From a bacterium (GTDB lineage Bacteria; Hinthialibacterota; Hinthialibacteria; Hinthialibacterales; Hinthialibacteraceae): a stretch of DNA of 64,000 bases. Below the pieces are notes generated by a model that searched no databases, was not told the origin of the DNA, and worked only from the letters and a program-made list of their open reading frames with translations. The stretch spans positions 128,001 to 192,000 of the forward strand of contig CAXXMV010000003.1 in assembly GCA_963662285.2 (NCBI GenBank). The letters are read 5' to 3'. Below are positions 57,746 to 64,000 of this stretch, in pieces. The translations under genes were made by a program, and so were the position numbers. Numbering within the stretch: position 1 is the stretch's first letter; each line of letters opens with the position of its first letter.

Positions 57746-59599
57746 CTATTTAACCGGAACGCACCGGATCACGAAACCGCCAGTACCGGGAACATCAAAC
57801 GAGAATGTTGATCCCTGTTTGACCGCACTGCGTTCAATTTTAACTTTGGTGCGAGAATCGCTCTTCAAGTCGTCCGCATAAACGCTGGCTTTATAGTCGT
57901 TGTCGGCGTCAAGAAAATCCAATGTGACATCCATCTTACGTTGATTTACATTAGTTAGACCAGCGACGAACCATTCATCGCCGCTGCGACGGGCCATGAT
58001 GATGTATTCGCCAATTTCTCCAGCGATTACGCGGCTTTCATCCCATACGACTGGTAGGTTATCAAGCAATTCTATCTCCGGTTCACCCTGGTAATATGAG
58101 GGATGATCGTACCAGAACAGGAATTGCATTGGGCTGTACATTACGACTGAAGCCGCCAGCTGATGGGCGTGGGTATTCTTGATGCGGTCGTTGTAGTAGC
58201 AGATAGTATAGTCGCCGGCGCCAGCGGGGTAGCGGGTGAAGGGCAGGGTAGTGTTATGAGTGGCGGTAGGCATGTTTTCGTTGCCCTTTATGCCTTCCTG
58301 GGTCAATAAGTTGGGATAAGTGCGGCTTAATCCGGTTGGCCGGTATGAATCATGAATATCGACTATCAAATGATGCTCGGCTGCTTTGGCTACAGCATCC
58401 TTGAGCCATTTCATCTTTGACTGAGGCCCGACTGCCACAAAACCGAACTTTACGCCTTTTAATCCCCATTTCTCATACAAAGGGAATATTTCGTCTGAAT
58501 ATTTATCCAGTGCAATACGGTTTACATAGACCGTAATGCCAACGCCGCGTTCTTTGGCGTATTGTATCAGATAAGGTAAATCGATAGCGTCAATAGGCAC
58601 GCGGGGATCCGATGAGGGATCGCGTTCCTTGCCATACCAGCCCGCGTCGAGATGGATGTAATCGATATTGTGCTTCTGGGCGAAATCGATATAGGCTTTA
58701 CCGTCTTCGGTATTCAAGCGGATGCAGCGCATCACGGTTCCCGGTTTGATCCATGATGCATCATCAATAGCGCAGGGGGCGTTCAGGTTCATCAGTAAAT
58801 AATTCTGCTCTACCAATGCTCCGGCATGGCTCGCCAGCATAACTACCCGCCAGGGAGTTTCAAACGGCGTTAATCCTGTCGCTTCGCTGCCCAAACTGGC
58901 AATTAGGGAATTGGGCGCGCTTGTGTCTGGAGAGAGCCACATGCGCGGGTAATCGTAAACATCGGCTTCCATAACGCAGGCGTAAGGTCCTCCGGATTTC
59001 AGTTCGACGGTCAAGGGAGTTTCGCATTTAGGCTTTATCGATTGAATAGGAGTTATCAGGTAATCGCCTTCGGTTCCATGTTCTTCCCAAGCTTTGAAAT
59101 TATCGCTGAAACGAAACTGGGTCTTTTCTTTTATAATATTAATAGATTTCAAGTGGTCTTGTTTTGGAAACACATAACGGAAGGCTAAGCCTTCGTTGTA
59201 GGCGCGAACAATTAATTGGCATAGGCGGTGCGGCGCAGCAGCTTCTACCAGATCGATACTTAATTCATGGTAGGAATCTGGAATAGCATCTCTCTCGCCA
59301 TAGAGCAGATCGATAGTCGAATTTTTTTGACTTCGTGATGTTGATTTGATGGAGACTTTATCCAGCCAATCATCCTGCTCAAAATCAAATCCCAGTTGTG
59401 AATTCTGGATTACTGATTGTTTTTGAAATGTTAGATCATAAAGTGGGACGCCTTGCTTATCTAACTTCAGTAGGAATTCGATTGCCTTGTCTGGAGAATT
59501 AAGCATTACCGAATCAGCGGCTTGTGAATAGGTCGCAGCGTTTATAAAAATTAGTATGCCCGCCAGCAAAGTGGTTCTCTTGTGAATATAATGCTTCAT
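57746..59599 (-). CDS. GH97 glycoside hydrolase
   Basis: RAYNEGLAFRY, TPWRV, SWIKPG, LDAGWY, PTGLSRTYPN.LTQEG and WDES motifs. Confidence 0.92.
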   Translation of the reverse strand: MKHYIHKRTTLLAGILIFINAATYSQAADSVMLNSPDKAIEFLLKLDKQGVPLYDLTFQKQSVIQNSQLGFDFEQDDWLDKVSIKSTSRSQKNSTIDLLYGERDAIPDSYHELSIDLVEAAAPHRLCQLIVRAYNEGLAFRYVFPKQDHLKSINIIKEKTQFRFSDNFKAWEEHGTEGDYLITPIQSIKPKCETPLTVELKSGGPYACVMEADVYDYPRMWLSPDTSAPNSLIASLGSEATGLTPFETPWRVVMLASHAGALVEQNYLLMNLNAPCAIDDASWIKPGTVMRCIRLNTEDGKAYIDFAQKHNIDYIHLDAGWYGKERDPSSDPRVPIDAIDLPYLIQYAKERGVGITVYVNRIALDKYSDEIFPLYEKWGLKGVKFGFVAVGPQSKMKWLKDAVAKAAEHHLIVDIHDSYRPTGLSRTYPNLLTQEGIKGNENMPTATHNTTLPFTRYPAGAGDYTICYYNDRIKNTHAHQLAASVVMYSPMQFLFWYDHPSYYQGEPEIELLDNLPVVWDESRVIAGEIGEYIIMARRSGDEWFVAGLTNVNQRKMDVTLDFLDADNDYKASVYADDLKSDSRTKVKIERSAVKQGSTFSFDVPGTGGFVIRCVPVK

Positions 59600-59775
59600 A
59601 ATGATTTGTTCTCCCTATAAGTATTGGAACAGATTTATGTTTTCTAACTATATTTATAGCATTCGGTTAGTTGATATTAATAGGCGTGTGGATTGAATAT
59701 TCATCATTTGATGATTGGGCGGGATTGTTAAATTGGTTGTTGAAAGGAATTTATATACGAATGGATGAACTTAAA

Positions 59776-60612
59776 TTAAAAAACGCCTTGAGAATCATCA
59801 ATATCATCATCCCAGTTAAAATCACTGATTTTAACTGATTCTACAGCCTTCATCACTTTCAATTGGCTGTAAGCGGCGTGTGATACGCAAAGATATGCCA
59901 GTCCCCAGCCTGGATTAATCAACATATAGGGATGGTAGGTTCCAATCACTTCAAAATAGGCGTAGGCGCTATCCGTCACGAGGAATATCATGAAAGCAAT
60001 CACTAATATCAACCATGGTTTGGCCACCGGAGACTGCCCTAGGGAAAGAAATGAGAATGCCAGATGCAGGCAGAAATAAGCCAGTAAGGTGTCAAATACT
60101 GGATAGTAAAGATAAAAAATACGCATCCAAAATGTCTCATCTGGATCGGCTAAGGTTGGTTGAATAATAAAAACAATATTCAAAATAACCAATATGGCGA
60201 ATACTCCATTGGCGATCCAGAAATTTTTACCGAAGTGAAACAGTTCATTTTTATTGATCAATCGTTTAAAATTCCAAAAACTAATTACATAACAAACCGC
60301 GCCCGCCATAATGAAATAATCGGCTGTATTGGGAAAGCTAACGACTTCACCGGATATGAACTCCTGAGTGCTATACCAAACATGGCCGATGCCTTCTCCC
60401 AGCAGACCTATAGCAAATAAAAGCCAACTAATGCGAACTGCATCACCGGATTGGAAACGTTTGACGATGCGGAATAGACAACATGAACCGATAAGGCAAA
60501 CCAGCGCTATCACCCCGTCGTTGAATGCTTCAACAGAATTTTCCGGCATGAGCCGAAAGGTAAAGATCGATCCCATGACCACAATATATAATATGATAAC
60601 CAAAAAAGGCAT
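59776..60612 (-). CDS. Integral membrane protein resembling a stand-alone membrane sensor domain
   Basis: 7-8 TM segments; WLLFAIG, FPNTADYF, YYPVFD and TDSAY motifs; acidic tail; AGGAG RBS. Confidence 0.75.
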   Translation of the reverse strand: MPFLVIILYIVVMGSIFTFRLMPENSVEAFNDGVIALVCLIGSCCLFRIVKRFQSGDAVRISWLLFAIGLLGEGIGHVWYSTQEFISGEVVSFPNTADYFIMAGAVCYVISFWNFKRLINKNELFHFGKNFWIANGVFAILVILNIVFIIQPTLADPDETFWMRIFYLYYPVFDTLLAYFCLHLAFSFLSLGQSPVAKPWLILVIAFMIFLVTDSAYAYFEVIGTYHPYMLINPGWGLAYLCVSHAAYSQLKVMKAVESVKISDFNWDDDIDDSQGVF

Positions 60613-60626
60613 TACCGGATTATCTC

Positions 60627-60866
60627 CTATTTAGCGGCTGGTTTATTCGCGATCCCTTTTAATAAAAGGCCAACTTGCTGCGCGTGATCCGAGCCAACGA
60701 ATATATGGATATTATTTGCCAGATATTGGCCTATATCAGGCAAATCTTCTTGCGTAAGTTGTTGTGGAGGACGATTGACCCTAGCCGAGTAATTCAAAAT
60801 CAGTCTGCGCGCTGGAGCGTGGCCGATAATGGGTTCTAAAAACAAGTGTAATTTATTAGCAAACAT
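60627..60866 (-). CDS. Small helical hypothetical protein (79 aa)
   Basis: AAGGA RBS; lies 14 nt upstream of, and co-oriented with, the membrane protein gene. Confidence 0.65.
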   Translation of the reverse strand: MFANKLHLFLEPIIGHAPARRLILNYSARVNRPPQQLTQEDLPDIGQYLANNIHIFVGSDHAQQVGLLLKGIANKPAAK

Positions 60867-60961
60867 TATTTTCCTTATCCAGATTTGAATTAACTATGGT
60901 GATGAAAATAAATTGCTTATGATTTACTTAATATCTGTTATGAAAATATGAAATTTTTATT

Positions 60962-60999
60962 ATGGCCCATTCCTCATTTTATTGAAAGGAATGGGCCAT
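60962..60999. terminator. Hairpin downstream of pfp, probable terminator
   Basis: ATGGCCCATTCCT...AGGAATGGGCCAT. Confidence 0.7.
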
Positions 61000-61040
61000 G
61001 ACTTTAAAACACGATTTTGCTTTATTGCACAATAGACTAA

Positions 61041-62264
61041 TTAAACTTTATCCACTGATGGTGCAAAAAGTTTGGTTGCCATTGGCGCTGGTCCCATGAT
61101 TGGCAGGACGTAATGGCGGAAGGCTTCAGTTACATTGTTGCCTTCAGCGTTGATGTATTCATCGGCCATAGTCTTTGTTTTGGCTGCGATATCAGTTAGT
61201 GGAACCAAGTCATATTCAACTGCGTAATCGCCAACCCGTTTGATTACTACGGAACCGTCAATGTTGTGCCATACGGCGAACTGAACCGCTTTTTCGCCAA
61301 CTTCACGGGCTTCATGCTGATCAACGGTTGAAACGCAACCCAGGAAGCTGCGGGCTGGATAACCAAGCGTATCTGCGCGAACCCGCTTGATAGGAAGATT
61401 TTCTTTAACCATATTAGAAAGCACGTCGCCCAGAGCGCCTGTACCGGATAGTTGAACGTTGCCGTGAGCGTCTTTTTCGGCATTACCGACAATGCTTACA
61501 ACCAAGGGAACTTCTTTGCCGTTTTCGTCTTTGTCGCTCCAGATGCCTTCCGAAGCGGCCACGATGCAGCGTCCATACTTTTTGTAGGTCGCATCGACGT
61601 CTTTGATGAATTGGTCTTTATCAAATCTACGTTCCGGGACATAAACCAGATGCGGGCCATCGTCCGGGAAATTGCGGTAGGCTGCGGCGGCCGCAGTCAG
61701 GAATCCGGCGTGACGACCCATGACGATAGCGATGTAAACGCCGGGAAGGGCGCGGTTGTCCAGGTTCACTCCGGCGAAGGCTTGAGCTACGTATTTAGCC
61801 GCAGAACCGAATCCCGGGCAGTGATCCGTTACAACCAGGTCATTATCGACGGTTTTGGGGATATGTACGCAACGAACTTCATAATTTTCTTCGATAGCGA
61901 ATTCATTGACCAGACGGCATGTGTCTGATGAATCGTTTCCACCGATGTAGAAGAAATAACGTACGTCATACTTTTTGAATACTTCAAATATCTTTTTGCA
62001 ATATTCCTTGTCCGGTTTGTCGCGGGTTGTGCCTAAAGCGGAAGATGGAGTCTCTCCAACCATTTCCAGATTATGTGAAGTGGCTTGGCTGAGGTCGACG
62101 AATTCCTCATTGATGATTCCACTTACGCCATGACGGGCGCCGTAAACATGAGTTATCTGGGGAAACTTGCGGCATTCCAATGCTGCTCCAACCATGCTTT
62201 GGTTAATAACGGCGGTAGGTCCGCCGCCTTGGGCGATTACTGCTTTTCCGATTAACTGGGACAT
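61041..62264 (-). CDS. pfp: 6-phosphofructokinase, probably PPi-dependent
   Basis: GGPTAVIN, GGNDS (Asp typical of PPi-dependent enzymes), PKTVDND and MGR motifs. Confidence 0.88.
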   Translation of the reverse strand: MSQLIGKAVIAQGGGPTAVINQSMVGAALECRKFPQITHVYGARHGVSGIINEEFVDLSQATSHNLEMVGETPSSALGTTRDKPDKEYCKKIFEVFKKYDVRYFFYIGGNDSSDTCRLVNEFAIEENYEVRCVHIPKTVDNDLVVTDHCPGFGSAAKYVAQAFAGVNLDNRALPGVYIAIVMGRHAGFLTAAAAAYRNFPDDGPHLVYVPERRFDKDQFIKDVDATYKKYGRCIVAASEGIWSDKDENGKEVPLVVSIVGNAEKDAHGNVQLSGTGALGDVLSNMVKENLPIKRVRADTLGYPARSFLGCVSTVDQHEAREVGEKAVQFAVWHNIDGSVVIKRVGDYAVEYDLVPLTDIAAKTKTMADEYINAEGNNVTEAFRHYVLPIMGPAPMATKLFAPSVDKV

Positions 62265-62613
62265 TATCTACTCCTGTGTTTTATTAATGTTATATTTAAA
62301 TTATAAACAGTTTTCTCTGTTTTTATTGTTTAATCATTAAGAGTTGAGTTATGCTTTGAATCAAAGAAATATCTATTCAGCCTTATTATTAAGAAATATA
62401 TTTCTAATTTTTAACGAGCTACCTTAGCTTTATCATGCAAAGCAATCAAGTTCCGTGATTTTTATAATTATATTTTTAATTATTTTAGTCGATCATTCTA
62501 ATAATAATGATGCCTACAGCATAATTTATCCTCGATATTCCGTAAGAATCCACTATATTTACAGGAAATACTTATATAAGATAGATTCAATTATTTTGGG
62601 GAGGTACTATTTT

Positions 62614-63219
62614 ATGAAAAAGGGATTTACTTTAATCGAACTTCTGATTGTGGTTGCCATCATTGGTATTCTTGCCGCAATTGCTGTTCCCAACTTTTTA
62701 AATGCTCAAACCAGGGCTAAATTAGCCCGGATTGAGTCTGACCTGAAGTCATTATCCACAGCTTTAGCAATGTATAAAATGGATAATGGCCATGCGCCCA
62801 GGGATAACTTCCCAAACCATGGCTGGTTTTATTCCTATGCTCTGCTCACATCACCAGTAGCTTACATGAGTTCGGTGCTGCCGGATGTATTTCAAGCCAA
62901 GGATGTTTTGGCAGGCTCGGTGGATCATCGTATTGGAGGGCCAAACGGTCCTTTGACTTATGATTATGGCACTGATGTTTATCATGAATATACTGGCTCC
63001 GCCAAAAATAATAATCACCCCTGGTATAAAGCATGGAAAAATTCTGAATGGAAAATCGGCAGTTGCGGGCCGGATTGCGCATATACCAATGTGAATTTCA
63101 TTTTCGCTGGAGGTGGATGGTTAACCGGGAATTATTACAATGTCAGCAACGGCCTTATTTCGCCTGGCGATATCTTCCGGTGTGAAGAATTCTTTGAACG
63201 GGATCGACAAGGTGAATGA
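62614..63219 (+). CDS. Prepilin-type N-terminal cleavage/methylation domain protein
   Basis: GGAGG RBS; MKKG|FTLIELLIVVAIIGILAAIAVPNFLNAQTRAK; LTSPVAY, SCGPD and YNVSNGLISPGDI motifs. Confidence 0.92.
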   Translation: MKKGFTLIELLIVVAIIGILAAIAVPNFLNAQTRAKLARIESDLKSLSTALAMYKMDNGHAPRDNFPNHGWFYSYALLTSPVAYMSSVLPDVFQAKDVLAGSVDHRIGGPNGPLTYDYGTDVYHEYTGSAKNNNHPWYKAWKNSEWKIGSCGPDCAYTNVNFIFAGGGWLTGNYYNVSNGLISPGDIFRCEEFFERDRQGE

Positions 63220-63250
63220 TGCTTCCTGCGTATTTATCTAAGTAAACCAA

Positions 63251-63296
63251 ACAAAAGGCTTGTCAAACACATATTTGGCAAGCCTTTTGTAATTTC
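63251..63296 (+). terminator. Intrinsic terminator
   Basis: ACAAAAGGCTTGTCAAA...TTTGGCAAGCCTTTTGT. Confidence 0.75.
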
Positions 63297-63389
63297 TTCT
63301 TGTCTCCTCCCCCTCACAAAAATATTCTTTAGGATAAAATAATTCTCCAACCGCTATCGCCAAATACTCTAACAGGAGATTGAATAAAT

Positions 63390-63854
63390 ATGAGCACCCC
63401 CGAAATATTCGCTGAAAGAACAGGGAAAGATCAGATCGAGGAAGGAAAGCAATTCGCTCCCAAATTTGATGACAAAGGATTAATCACAGTTGTCACGCAG
63501 GATCATAAAACTGATGAAATTTTGATGGTTGCATTTATGAATGATGAAGCGCTGAAGAAAACCATCGAAATTGGAGAAGCGGTCTATTTCAGCCGCAGCC
63601 GTCAAAAACTATGGCACAAAGGCGAAAGCAGCGGCATGATTCAGAAAGTCAAAGAAATCCGCACCGATTGCGATCAGGACGCCATTATTCTTAAGGTTGA
63701 AATGGTCGGCGGCGCATGTTGCCATGTTGGATACCGTTCATGCTTCTACCGTTCCGTGCCTTTTGGTAAAGATCAATCAACCAACGCGCCATTGGAATTG
63801 TCTTTCACTGAAAAAGAAAAAGTATTTGATCCCAAAGAAGTTTATGGGAAATAA
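63390..63854 (+). CDS. hisI: Phosphoribosyl-AMP cyclohydrolase
   Basis: [20 protein letters not shown] and [10 protein letters not shown] motifs. Confidence 0.95.
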   Translation: MSTPEIFAERTGKDQIEEGKQFAPKFDDKGLITVVTQDHKTDEILMVAFMNDEALKKTIEIGEAVYFSRSRQKLWHKGESSGMIQKVKEIRTDCDQDAIILKVEMVGGACCHVGYRSCFYRSVPFGKDQSTNAPLELSFTEKEKVFDPKEVYGK

Positions 63855-64000
63855 TATATTTCCATTTACCCTTTAGTAATAAATCGACGCCAAGGGCTGA
63901 TAATACTACTCTTGGCGTCCACATCTTCTCTTCTTCTTCAAAACTATTCCAATTTTTCACCAAAAGATTCCGTCATGATGATATTAAGTGTTTGTGAATC

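Noticed and set aside
1786-62613. Long N-terminal extensions in the ORF track (starts 1893, 22324, 27275, 47658, 62455)
   Set aside because: Downstream ATGs fit better on RBS, signal peptide or paralog length; 22324 begins on a REP. The 27275 case is the least certain.
427-63082. Numerous 60-175 aa ORFs overlapping long genes, e.g. 7033-7557, 52490-53017, 61452-61928
   Set aside because: They are antisense or alternate-frame shadows with no recognisable motifs. The similarity of 427-642 to 2464-2736 only reflects the paralog duplication.
63887-63920. GACGCCAAGGGCTGA...CTCTTGGCGTC as another family C copy
   Set aside because: Only a partial match. The hairpin followed by a pyrimidine run is more simply the hisI terminator.

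Overview
This is 64 kb of ordinary bacterial chromosome from a carbohydrate-degrading organism. It encodes sulfatase, GH10, GH97, two GH106-like enzymes, DUF1080 and Gfo/Idh/MocA proteins, an SSS transporter, hypAB, pfp, hisI and one tRNA-Lys(UUU). Two pilin-like genes (GFTLIELLIVVAIIGILAAIAVPNFLNAQ) and secreted proteins ending in a VxxWxL[YF]-type tail suggest a Hinthialibacterota (OLB16)/Sumerlaeota-like lineage; that assignment is inference. One complete ISL3 element with an 8-bp target duplication interrupts a gene. There are two single-G frameshifts (a GH106-like gene and a BlaI-like remnant) and four families of short intergenic palindromic repeats with a strong strand bias. No CRISPR array, rRNA or prophage was seen. 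The leading candidates for something undescribed are: (1) a stand-alone structured RNA of about 215 nt with its own sigma70 promoter and terminator (4355-4573); (2) a shared Trp-containing C-terminal tail on otherwise unrelated secreted proteins, a possible sorting signal; (3) mutually complementary 19-nt motifs bracketing each of two tandem paralogous surface-protein genes; (4) a lone AT-rich nucleotide-cyclase-like gene between direct repeats.
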